64,000 nucleotides of DNA, taken from assembly GCA_016860685.1 (NCBI GenBank), contig BOJX01000004.1, positions 570 to 64,569 of the forward strand. The letters run 5' to 3'. The translations under genes and the position numbers were made by a program. The notes under the pieces were generated by a model, which was given only the letters and a program-made list of their open reading frames with translations, did not search any database and was not told the DNA's origin. Position 1 is the stretch's first letter; every line of letters begins with the position of its first letter. The DNA comes from Planctomycetota bacterium (GTDB lineage Bacteria; Planctomycetota; Phycisphaerae; UBA1845). Positions 47,649 to 56,233 of the stretch are shown here, piece by piece.

Positions 47649-49058
47649 ATGACATCCCGCACGTTCGCCTTGACGATGGCCGCAATGATCGCGGCGCCGG
47701 TCTTCGCCCAGCAGAACGTGGACCTGTCCACGGTTCCGCCGCGCGACACGGTTCAACTGACGATCTACAACAGTGAAGACCTCACGCTGGTCCGCGAGAC
47801 CCGGACAGTGACATTCAAGCAGGGCGTCAACCCGCTCCAGTTCTCGTGGGCGAACACCCTGATCGACTCGACCAGCGTGCAACTGCGCTTCAAGACCCAC
47901 GCCGATCAACTGGAGCTTCTCGACACCACGTTTCCGCATGACAAGCCGCAGCAGTTGACGTGGAACGTCCGCAGCGCGCTGGACGGCGACGCATCGGTGG
48001 AGATGACCTACTTCACCAGCGGGCTGTCGTGGGCGGCGGACTACGTCTGCGTGAGCGATCCCGCCGAGAGCCGGATGTCGTTCGACGGGTTTGTCCGCAT
48101 TTACAACCATTCCGGCGAGGATTATGAGAACGCGCAGGTGCGCCTCGTCGTCGGCACGATCAACCTGGTCGAGAAGATCGCCAACCTCGCCCGCCGGGGC
48201 ATCATCTCCGAGCGGGATCAGGAGGAGATGGAGCGAGGCCGGGCGGTGCTGAAGGCGCCGGGGAGGGCGAGGGCCGAGTTGCAGGACGCCATGTCCGCGG
48301 GTTTTGCAGCCGCCGAAGCCGCCGCACCGAAGGAGATCATCAAGGAGGGGCTGTCGGAGTACTTCATCTACACCATCGAGGGGACGGAGACGATCCGCAA
48401 CGCCTGGTCGAAGCGGATGCGGTTGTTCGCCGGGAAGGCCGCGCCGTTTGACGTTCGCTACCGCTACCGCCCCGAGGAATACGGAGAGCAGCTCGTCCGG
48501 TTGTTTATCCTCCGTAATGACGAGGCGAGCGGGCTGGGCGAGACGCCGCTGCCCGACGGCGTCGTCCGGCTCTTCAAGGACAACCGCCGCGACGGGCTGT
48601 CGCTCCTCGCGCAGCAGGCGATCAGGTACGTGCCCGTCGGACAGGAGATCGAGATGAACCTCGGTCCCGACCCTGAAGTCATCCACGAGTGGGTGCTGTT
48701 GCGGTCCTTCCGCGACAATTTGTGGTTCAGCCGCAGCGGCGTGAACGTGCGTTACAGCCCGACACAGGGTCACAAGATCGAAATCAACGATCAGGTATGC
48801 GGCTGGGACGAGCATCAGGTCTGGACCGAGCGCATCCGCAACTACCGCGACAAACCGATCGACGTCGAGTTCCGCCGTGCGTTCAACGGCGACGTGACGT
48901 TTCACAGCGTGCTGAACCCGACGCTGCACGACTTCCGCACCGTGCAGTTCGCCGCGACCGTCGCGCCAGGCGAGAAAAAGGATCTGACCTACCGGGTTTC
49001 GAGCAAGCAGGGAACGAACCAGGAAGAACAGCGCGTCACCCTCCGGGACGGGGAATGA
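47649..49058 (+). CDS. Secreted DUF4139 domain protein (469 aa), tandem paralog
   Basis: Signal peptide ends ...APVFAQQ. MTYFTSGLSWAADYVCV and FDGFVRIYNHSGEDYENAQVRLVVG match the DUF4139 signature as recalled. Confidence 0.7.
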   Translation: MTSRTFALTMAAMIAAPVFAQQNVDLSTVPPRDTVQLTIYNSEDLTLVRETRTVTFKQGVNPLQFSWANTLIDSTSVQLRFKTHADQLELLDTTFPHDKPQQLTWNVRSALDGDASVEMTYFTSGLSWAADYVCVSDPAESRMSFDGFVRIYNHSGEDYENAQVRLVVGTINLVEKIANLARRGIISERDQEEMERGRAVLKAPGRARAELQDAMSAGFAAAEAAAPKEIIKEGLSEYFIYTIEGTETIRNAWSKRMRLFAGKAAPFDVRYRYRPEEYGEQLVRLFILRNDEASGLGETPLPDGVVRLFKDNRRDGLSLLAQQAIRYVPVGQEIEMNLGPDPEVIHEWVLLRSFRDNLWFSRSGVNVRYSPTQGHKIEINDQVCGWDEHQVWTERIRNYRDKPIDVEFRRAFNGDVTFHSVLNPTLHDFRTVQFAATVAPGEKKDLTYRVSSKQGTNQEEQRVTLRDGE

Positions 49059-49923
49059 AGACGCGGATCTTGCAGTGCGGGCAATGATCCGGGAGATCGC
49101 CGTGGCCGATGATCGGAATCATGCCCCGGCAGGCATGACACTGATGCGAGCGGCGGCACTCGCCCTTGCCGCACTTCGGACATCGCACGCCGTCGTCGTA
49201 TTTTCCGGACTTGAACAACTCATACAGCGTGAGGGTGAACCCGTGTCCGCACCCGGGCGCCTCGCACGCCCAGTGCGTCAGGTCGCACTTGTGACAGATC
49301 GCCCCGATCGTGGTGGCGTCCAGCAGAAACGGCTCGCCGCACGTGATGCAGTTTCGAGCCGGAGTGAACCCGACGGTCTTGCAGGCTTCACAGAGAAGCA
49401 CTCGCGCCTCGCGGTCGGGCGCGGTCCCGTCCTCGGCGCGTTCCGCCTCAAACGTCTTCGTCTTCGCGGCGAGGGCGTCCACCTGCGCGGCGGTGAGCCT
49501 CGCGGCTGCGCCGCAGTTGCGGCAGACCCAGGGGTTGGACAGATCGTCATCGTCCTCGTCGTCGGCGCTGCGGGGATCGTCCGGTCCGGCGTACTGGCGC
49601 TGAAGACGTTCGACTTTCATCGCCAGCGCAAAGCGTCCGTTATTGCGGGCGTCGGCGACGAGGCGCTTGAACATTTCGTCGAGGTAGGCGTCGCGCCGGA
49701 CCTGGGAATGATCGACGCCGCCGGCGACGGCGGCGAACACCGCCGCGTGGTGCAGTTCGACCAGGCCCGCAAGGTAGCGTTGCTCCAGATCGGAGCCGCG
49801 AACGTCGCCGAGGATGCGCAGCATGTCTTGTTTGACGGTTTGCGTGTGTTCACCGCGCTTGTACGTGACGGCGGCGACGATCGCGACGGCGCCGACGAGG
49901 ATGACGATGAGTGTTCGCTTCAT
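49036..49923 (-). CDS. Membrane-anchored protein with about four zinc-ribbon-like CxxC pairs
   Basis: N-terminal TM LIVILVGAVAIVAAV, an acidic linker DDEDDDD, then CRNC, CEAC, CITC, CHKC, CEAPGC, CPKC, CHAC and CPHC. Confidence 0.6.
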   Translation of the reverse strand: MKRTLIVILVGAVAIVAAVTYKRGEHTQTVKQDMLRILGDVRGSDLEQRYLAGLVELHHAAVFAAVAGGVDHSQVRRDAYLDEMFKRLVADARNNGRFALAMKVERLQRQYAGPDDPRSADDEDDDDLSNPWVCRNCGAAARLTAAQVDALAAKTKTFEAERAEDGTAPDREARVLLCEACKTVGFTPARNCITCGEPFLLDATTIGAICHKCDLTHWACEAPGCGHGFTLTLYELFKSGKYDDGVRCPKCGKGECRRSHQCHACRGMIPIIGHGDLPDHCPHCKIRVFIPRPGG

Positions 49924-49924
49924 G

Positions 49925-50584
49925 TCAATTGACTCCGGAACCCGGGATGCCGCCCGACGAAGCCTTGCCCTCGTCCGGTCGCGGCGCGGGACGGGAACGT
50001 GGGTATTGACCGCGCGCCATCCCGTCCTTCTCCGTATGTCTTAGGATCGGTTCGCCGCGCTCCCGATCCCAGCGGGCCTTGAATTCGCCGACGCAAAGGA
50101 TCTGGCGGGTGTTCGTCCAGCCCATCACGACGAGATAAGACTGCTCGATCCCGCGGAACTGAAAACGTCCTGAAAGGCGCCCCGGCCCGTCTTTCCAGGC
50201 GAGGGCGACGCCTTCCAACGATGCAAAGCGGGTGTGAGTCAGGCCGTCGTGGGTCCGGGCGCGGACGGTCTGCTGGGTCACGACGTAAGTGCGTCCCTCA
50301 CCAGCGGGGGGCGGACCGAGAACCAGCGACAGGTGAAACTCCTCCCGATCGAAGGCGGTGCGGAACGCTTGTTTGCGGACGTTCATGCCGACGCATAATT
50401 CACCGGCGTCATTCACCCAGGCGTAGCAGGCGGTGGGACGGAATTCGTGCAGAAGGGGGGAAGCGGGACCGAGTTTCTGCAACCGGACGGGCATGACGGT
50501 CACGGCGGCGGGAGCCGCACATCCCGCCACCCCGGCACATCCGCCCAGCACCGTCAGTCCTGCTACACCGATACCACGCTTCAT
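49925..50584 (-). CDS. Hypothetical lipoprotein (219 aa)
   Basis: Lipobox-like LTVLGGC after a basic N-terminus. Its stop abuts the start of the zinc-ribbon gene, so the two are probably an operon. Confidence 0.6.
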   Translation of the reverse strand: MKRGIGVAGLTVLGGCAGVAGCAAPAAVTVMPVRLQKLGPASPLLHEFRPTACYAWVNDAGELCVGMNVRKQAFRTAFDREEFHLSLVLGPPPAGEGRTYVVTQQTVRARTHDGLTHTRFASLEGVALAWKDGPGRLSGRFQFRGIEQSYLVVMGWTNTRQILCVGEFKARWDRERGEPILRHTEKDGMARGQYPRSRPAPRPDEGKASSGGIPGSGVN

Positions 50585-50720
50585 GCTTTCATGCGTCCCG
50601 TGATGCGACGCTCCCTGTCAGGGTCCGCATTTCGACATCATCCTTCCGCCCGGGTCGGAATCAACCTGAAGGCGCCCGAATGCTCTTGTTGTCCGGGCGA
50701 GAGCGGGGTAATAATCATGC

Positions 50721-51584
50721 ATGCGCAATCGAGTCCGCCAACCTGGGCGACGACCGGCGTTCACGCTGATCGAGCTGCTCGTCGTGATTGCGATCATCGC
50801 GCTGCTCATCAGCATCCTGATTCCGTCGTTGAAGCGCGCCCGCGACTCGGCGAAGAACGTCGCCTGTCGATCGAACGTCCGGCAGATCGCGTACGCCCTG
50901 ATGTTGTACGCGCAGGATTTCGACGACCAGGTCTGGCCGGTCAACGCGGAGGACGTGACGCGCTGGCCGCAATACGGCGGCGCGTGGGCGAGGCTCCCCG
51001 GACCAGACGGACCGCGTCCCGGATTGTTGTACGACTATGTCAGCCAGGTCGATGAGATCGCGGAGTGTCCTTCGAACCTTCGGCGGTCGTCCGATCGGGA
51101 CACGGGCAACAACATGTTCGACAAGGACGCGCCGCTGGATTTCGATTACACCTTCGTTATGAACATCCAGGGCGGGCGCCTGAACAATCCGAAAGAGATG
51201 GCGTACCTTGCCGAGCCTGAACGTTACGCCGTGAACATCATGCCGCCGACGATCCTTCCGGCGGATGTGCCGGTGCGCCGGTTCGACGGGATGATCGCGA
51301 TGGTGGAGGAAAGCACGCGTTGGTGGAACGAGAACGCCACCGACGGGATGTGGAGCAATCAGGATCAGCTTGAGACGCGTCACGCAAAGGGCGCCAACGT
51401 CGCCTTCACGGACGGACGGGCCGATCTTTTTGTGCCCCCGATGGGGGGAAGATACGTGACGCGAGAGTCGCCGGATTTCGAGGCAAACGACGTTTACGTC
51501 AAGGGTCTCGATGATCAGTGGTTCCGGCTCGAACTGCGCTCCGGGACGTTCCGTCCTTACGGTTGGATTAACAGCCCGCAGTAA
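50721..51584 (+). CDS. Prepilin-type N-terminal cleavage/methylation protein with H-X9-DG motif (DUF1559-like)
   Basis: RRPAFTLIELLVVIAIIALLISILIPSL is a type IV pilin-like leader. The C-terminal HAKGANVAFTDG fits H-X9-DG. Confidence 0.85.
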   Translation: MRNRVRQPGRRPAFTLIELLVVIAIIALLISILIPSLKRARDSAKNVACRSNVRQIAYALMLYAQDFDDQVWPVNAEDVTRWPQYGGAWARLPGPDGPRPGLLYDYVSQVDEIAECPSNLRRSSDRDTGNNMFDKDAPLDFDYTFVMNIQGGRLNNPKEMAYLAEPERYAVNIMPPTILPADVPVRRFDGMIAMVEESTRWWNENATDGMWSNQDQLETRHAKGANVAFTDGRADLFVPPMGGRYVTRESPDFEANDVYVKGLDDQWFRLELRSGTFRPYGWINSPQ

Positions 51585-51638
51585 CTTCAGACCGGCGAAT
51601 CCGCGTTTTTCCGCCTCCGGCGAGACTCGTCTTAAACC

Positions 51639-51667
51639 TTGACTTGCAGCGCCGGAGTTTGTAGAAA
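51639..51667 (+). promoter_or_regulatory. Candidate sigma-70 promoter for rpsA
   Basis: TTGACT (51639-51644), a 17-nt spacer, then TAGAAA (51662-51667). An 8-bp hairpin cacacccg/cgggtgtg sits in the leader. Confidence 0.35.
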
Positions 51668-51759
51668 CCCCATCTGTTTTGGGGATAATAATCGCAACGC
51701 TTCACGCGGATTTCACACCCGGCTCGGCGGGTGTGATTCTTGTTTGACAAAGGCCTGAC

Positions 51760-53316
51760 ATGATGAACGAACAACCGGGAACACCCGCCAGCGTCCCAGA
51801 ACCCGCGGAAGCGCCTGCGTCTGAGCCGTCCGTGCCGGATCCGGGTTCCTCGCAAGCGGAGATTGACCGCGAGGTGGCGGACGCGATGGCGCACATGACG
51901 CTTGAGGATTTGGATGAGCTGAGCGGCGGATTGAACGCGCCGGTGACGGTCCGGCGGCTGGAGAAGGGGGCCGAGGTCACCGGAACGGTGGTCGCAACGC
52001 GCGGCGAAGACGTTTTTCTGGATTTCGGAGTGAAGGATCAGGGCGTCGTCCCACGGAATCACTTCGGGAAGAACGAGGACTTAAGCGCGGGCCGCCGGGT
52101 GGACGTTGTCGTCGAGCGTCATGACGAGTCGCAGGGGTTGTGGGTTTGCAGCCGCAAGGGCGCGGTGCAGCGGGCGACGTGGTTGAATCTGGACCGCGGA
52201 ATGACGGTTGAGGGGCGGGTCACGGGTCTGAACAAGGGCGGGCTGGAAGTCGACGTGCAGGGTATCCGGGCGTTCCTGCCCGCGTCGCAGGTCGACCTTC
52301 ATTTCATGAAGGACATCTCGGTCCTGATTGGCGAAGTCGTGCGCTGCGAGGTCACCGAAGTTGACCGCCGCGGGAAGAACCTCCTGCTGAGCCGACGGCG
52401 GGTTCTGGAGAAGGAGGCGGCCGAGAAAAAGGCGGTCCTGCTGACGGAGCTTGAGATCGGACAGGTGCGCACCGGGCGTGTGCGCAACGTGACGGATTTC
52501 GGGGCCTTCGTGGATATCGGCGGGGTGGAAGGTCTGATCCACATCAGCGATCTGAGCTGGCGACCGGTGGGGAAGGTCACGGACATCGTGGACGTCGGGC
52601 AGGAGGTCGAAGTCAAGGTTCTCAAGATCGACCGCGAGCGGGACCGGATTTCGCTGGGCCTGAAGCAGGCGCGGCCGGATCCGTGGACGGGGATCGAGAC
52701 CCGTCTTCAGGAAGGCATGTCGCTGCGGGCGAAGGTGCTTCGGGTTGCGGACTTCGGGGCGTTCGCGGAAGTCGAAGAAGGGGTTGAAGGACTGATTCCG
52801 ATCAGCGAGATGAGCTGGTCGAGGATCAGTTCGGTGGCGGACGCCGTCAAAGTCGGAGATGAAGTGGACGTGACGGTGTTGCGGTTGGAGCCGGGAAAGC
52901 GGCGGATGGCGCTGTCGATGAAGCAGGCGCGGCCGGATCCGTGGGCGGGGGTGATCGAGAGTTATGCGCCGGGGATGACGGTGAAGGGGACAGTGTCGCG
53001 GCTGGAGACGTTCGGTGTATTCGTGGCGGTTGCGCCCGGCGTGGAAGGGATGATTCATATCTCCGAGCTTTCGGACAGGCGTGTTCGGACGTGCGACGAG
53101 GTGGTAAAGGTCGGGCAGGAGGTGGACGCCCGCGTGCTCAGCGTGGACGGATCGAAGCGGCGGATCGCGCTGTCGCTGAAGCCGGCGCACGGCGCGGCGC
53201 CGGAAGCGATCGAGGCGGCGGCGTCCGGTCGTCGGACGGAGCGGAAGGATCGTCCGCGGCGAGGCGGACTGAGTTCGGACTGGGACTGGATGGGCAGCGG
53301 TCTTGGGCGCGGCTGA
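51760..53316 (+). CDS. rpsA: 30S ribosomal protein S1 with acidic N-terminal extension
   Basis: Successive S1 domains (GRVTGLNKGGLEVDV, GRVRNVTDFGAFVDIGGVEGLIHISD, AKVLRVADFGAFAEV, GTVSRLETFGVFVAV). Confidence 0.92.
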   Translation: MMNEQPGTPASVPEPAEAPASEPSVPDPGSSQAEIDREVADAMAHMTLEDLDELSGGLNAPVTVRRLEKGAEVTGTVVATRGEDVFLDFGVKDQGVVPRNHFGKNEDLSAGRRVDVVVERHDESQGLWVCSRKGAVQRATWLNLDRGMTVEGRVTGLNKGGLEVDVQGIRAFLPASQVDLHFMKDISVLIGEVVRCEVTEVDRRGKNLLLSRRRVLEKEAAEKKAVLLTELEIGQVRTGRVRNVTDFGAFVDIGGVEGLIHISDLSWRPVGKVTDIVDVGQEVEVKVLKIDRERDRISLGLKQARPDPWTGIETRLQEGMSLRAKVLRVADFGAFAEVEEGVEGLIPISEMSWSRISSVADAVKVGDEVDVTVLRLEPGKRRMALSMKQARPDPWAGVIESYAPGMTVKGTVSRLETFGVFVAVAPGVEGMIHISELSDRRVRTCDEVVKVGQEVDARVLSVDGSKRRIALSLKPAHGAAPEAIEAAASGRRTERKDRPRRGGLSSDWDWMGSGLGRG

Positions 53317-53336
53317 CGGATTGGGACATGCGTTTT

Positions 53337-53795
53337 GCGCTTCTGGATCGGATCGTCGAGGTGCAGCCCGGCGCGCGGCTGCGCGCGGTGAAGGCGGTGT
53401 CCGCGGCTGAGGAGTATCTCGCCGATCACTTTCCGACGTTTGCGGTGCTGCCGGGCGTGTTCATGTTGGAGGCGATGGTGGAGGCTGCCGCGTGGCTGGT
53501 GCGGTCGTCGCTGGATTTTGCCCCGAGCCTTGTATTGCTCAAAGAGGCGAAGAACATTACATATAAGAGCTTCGTCCGCCCCGGCGACGTGCTTGAGGTG
53601 GACGTGCAGACTCGGCGGCTTGAGGGCGTGGAGAGCGAATTCTCCGGGGCGGGCACCTGCGGCGGGAAGGAAGTCGTTCGAGGTCGGTTCGTGCTGTCTC
53701 ACTTGACGGCGGCGGCAAGGGGACCGGGGTACGAAGACACGGATCGGCATATTGTCTGGGTGATGCGTGAGCGGTTTCGGGCGCTTCAGTCCTGA
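53337..53795 (+). CDS. FabZ/FabA-like hotdog-fold dehydratase 1
   Basis: ADHFPTFAVLPGVFMLEAMVEAAAW has the His and Glu contexts of (3R)-hydroxyacyl-ACP dehydratases. Confidence 0.75.
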   Translation, partial: ALLDRIVEVQPGARLRAVKAVSAAEEYLADHFPTFAVLPGVFMLEAMVEAAAWLVRSSLDFAPSLVLLKEAKNITYKSFVRPGDVLEVDVQTRRLEGVESEFSGAGTCGGKEVVRGRFVLSHLTAAARGPGYEDTDRHIVWVMRERFRALQS

Positions 53796-53906
53796 GGGGG
53801 ATTCGGCCGGGGAGCCGCGATGGCGCTATCTGCGGCGGGACGCATTCCGCAAGCGGACCCGGGAGGCTCTGATGTCGTTCGGATCGGTTCTGACGGAGGT
53901 GACGCA

Positions 53907-54302
53907 GTGACAACGGCGACGCGCGATGAGGTGCTATCCAAGGTCCGTGACGTGCTGGTGGACGCGCTGGGCGTCGACAGCGAGGAGGTCACGCCCGAGG
54001 CCACGCTTCAGGGCGATCTGGGCGCCGAGAGCATTGATTTTCTCGACATCGTATTCCGCCTGGAGAAGGCATTCGGAATCAAGGTCAACCGCTCGGAGTT
54101 GTTTCCCGAGGAAGTGCTCAGCAATCCGGATTACGTCGACAACGGAAAGATGACCGACGAGGGGATCAGCAAGCTGCGGTCGGCGATGCCGCATGCGGAC
54201 TTGTCCGACTTCGAGAAAGATCCTCAGGTCGAGCGCATCCGCGATCTTTTCACGGTGGATGCGATCGTCAATTATGTTGAGCAGAAGCTTCGGGCGGCGT
54301 AA
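53907..54302 (+). CDS. Acyl carrier protein with about 45-aa internal insertion (131 aa)
   Basis: GDLGAESIDFLDIVFRLEKAFGI holds the phosphopantetheine Ser context. Helix IV-like LFTVDAIVNYVEQKL is at the end. GTG start at 53907 follows GGAGG. Confidence 0.75.
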   Translation: MTTATRDEVLSKVRDVLVDALGVDSEEVTPEATLQGDLGAESIDFLDIVFRLEKAFGIKVNRSELFPEEVLSNPDYVDNGKMTDEGISKLRSAMPHADLSDFEKDPQVERIRDLFTVDAIVNYVEQKLRAA

Positions 54303-54410
54303 GCCCCGCCTTGGGCGCCCCGCCGTCCGCGGAAGGCGTGCCGCATTGCGACAGGAGCGGAGCCGGCGGCTCGTGCGGTCCGGTCGGGGGTGCGTTCCGG
54401 CGGGGTTTTC

Positions 54411-54902
54411 ATGCGCTGGATCTGGATCGACAAGTTTGTCGAGTTCGAGCCGGGGCGCCGTGCGGTGGCGGTCAAGAACGTCACGCGCGCCGAGGAGCAC
54501 CTGCACGATCATCTTCCGGGATTTCCGGTCATGCCCGCGTCGCTGGTCATCGAGGGGATGGCGCAGACGGCGGGCATCCTGGTGGGGCAAGCGCGGGATT
54601 TCCGCGAGAACGTGATTCTGGCGAAAATCCGCTCGGCGTCGTTTGACGATTACGCCGTCCCGGGCGACACGCTGGCGTACGAGGCGAGAATCGAGACGCT
54701 GGAGGATCACGGCGCGACGACGCGCGGCGTTGTCCGTCGCAACGGAGAGGAGTTCGGGCGGGTCGACCTGATGTTTTCGCATGTCGGGGCGGCGCAGGTC
54801 TCCGGATTGCCGAGGCATAACTTTGTGTTTACCGAATCTTTCATGACGCTGCTGCGTTCGTTTGAACCGGTCGGCGACGCGGTCCGCGGGGGCGGCGCAT
54901 GA
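54411..54902 (+). CDS. FabZ-like hotdog-fold dehydratase 2
   Basis: HLHDHLPGFPVMPASLVIEGMAQTAG closely follows the FabZ HFPGxPVMPGVLxxEAxAQ motif. Confidence 0.8.
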   Translation: MRWIWIDKFVEFEPGRRAVAVKNVTRAEEHLHDHLPGFPVMPASLVIEGMAQTAGILVGQARDFRENVILAKIRSASFDDYAVPGDTLAYEARIETLEDHGATTRGVVRRNGEEFGRVDLMFSHVGAAQVSGLPRHNFVFTESFMTLLRSFEPVGDAVRGGGA

Positions 54903-56230
54903 GCGGATCGCGCCGAGTCGTGATCACCGGGCTGGGGGTGGCGACGCCGATCGGCATCGGCGCGGAAGCATACTGGGAGGCGCTGCTGGCGCGGCGCTGC
55001 GGCGTCGGGCCGGTGCGATCGTTCAATGCGGACGGTCTGCCCTGCCGGATCGCGGCGGAACTCCCCGAATTCTCGTTGAACGACGCGATCCCGAAGTCCT
55101 ACCGCAAAGCGGCGAAGGTCATGTCGCGGGACACGCAGATCGCGGTCGTCTGCGCGTATCACGCGGTGAAGGACGCGGGGCTGGTGACGGCGTGCCTGAT
55201 CGGACGCGGGGAGTCGCCCGGACCGCCCAACGTGGATCCGGCGCGGTTCGGCGCGAACATCGGCGCGGGTCTGGTGTGCGCCGATCTGGCGGAGCTCGCC
55301 GGCGCCTTGAACACCGCGGTGGACGACGCTGGCCGGTTCAGCCACCGGTTGTGGGGGTCGGCCGGGATGGAGAATCTGACGCCGCTGTGGCTGCTGAAGT
55401 TCCTTCCGAACATGCTCGCCTGCCACGTGACGATCGTGCATGACGCGCAGGCGAACTCAAACACGATCACCTGCGGCGAGGCGTCGAGCCACCTGGCGAT
55501 CGGCGAGGCCTACCGGACGATCGCGCGCGGGTCGGCGGACCTGTGCATCTGCGGCGGCGCGGAGAGCAAGGTGAACCCGATGGCGCTGACCCGTCCGCTG
55601 CTGCTGGGCAAGCTGAACACGACGTCGAACGCTGATCCGTCCCGCGCCTGCCGCCCCTTCAGCGAGGACGCGGCGGGAACCGTGGCGGGAGAGGGCGGCG
55701 GATTGATCGTGCTGGAGGCACTGGAGCACGCGCATCGTCGCGGAGCGCGGATTTACGGTGAAGTCGTGGGCTTCGGCGCGGCCAGCAACGCGCACAGTTG
55801 GTCGCGTCCGGATCCGACGGGTCGCCCCGTCGAACTCGCGGTGCGCGCGGCGATGAAGGAGGCTTCGGTGCGGCCGGACGACGTCGACCTGATCGTCCCC
55901 TTCGGCGCGGGAATCCCGGCGTACGACGCGTCGGAGCTGGTCGGCTGGAACGCGGCGCTGGGCGACGCCACGAGAAAGCCCTGGGCGGTCGGCGTGAAGG
56001 GATCGCTGGGAAACAACGGCGCCGGTTCGGGTGCGATCGACTTCGCGACCGGCGTTCTGTCGCTGCATCACCGGACGGTCCCGCCCTCGTTGAACGCCGC
56101 ATCCGCGCCGGGGTTTCGCTTCGCCTCGGCGGATCCGGCGGACGCGCGGTTGAACGTTTTCGTCAGCGTTGCGTATGCACTGGCGGGTTCTCAGGTGGCG
56201 GCGCTGATCGTGCGCCGGATTGAGGAATAA
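54899..56230 (+). CDS. Beta-ketoacyl synthase-like protein lacking the canonical His-His pair (CLF-like partner candidate)
   Basis: Thiolase-fold KS N-terminus RRVVITGLGVATPIG. Aligned by eye to the neighbouring KS: AHGTGT becomes PFGAGI, GHL becomes GNN, and TACAAS becomes ITCGEAS. Confidence 0.75.
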   Translation: MSGSRRVVITGLGVATPIGIGAEAYWEALLARRCGVGPVRSFNADGLPCRIAAELPEFSLNDAIPKSYRKAAKVMSRDTQIAVVCAYHAVKDAGLVTACLIGRGESPGPPNVDPARFGANIGAGLVCADLAELAGALNTAVDDAGRFSHRLWGSAGMENLTPLWLLKFLPNMLACHVTIVHDAQANSNTITCGEASSHLAIGEAYRTIARGSADLCICGGAESKVNPMALTRPLLLGKLNTTSNADPSRACRPFSEDAAGTVAGEGGGLIVLEALEHAHRRGARIYGEVVGFGAASNAHSWSRPDPTGRPVELAVRAAMKEASVRPDDVDLIVPFGAGIPAYDASELVGWNAALGDATRKPWAVGVKGSLGNNGAGSGAIDFATGVLSLHHRTVPPSLNAASAPGFRFASADPADARLNVFVSVAYALAGSQVAALIVRRIEE

Positions 56231-56233
56231 GGC

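Noticed and set aside
46701-48929. 742-aa minus-strand ORF.
   Set aside because: It is antisense to both DUF4139-like genes. It is Arg/Leu/Val/Pro-rich, and the sense-strand proteins have signal peptides and paralogous structure.
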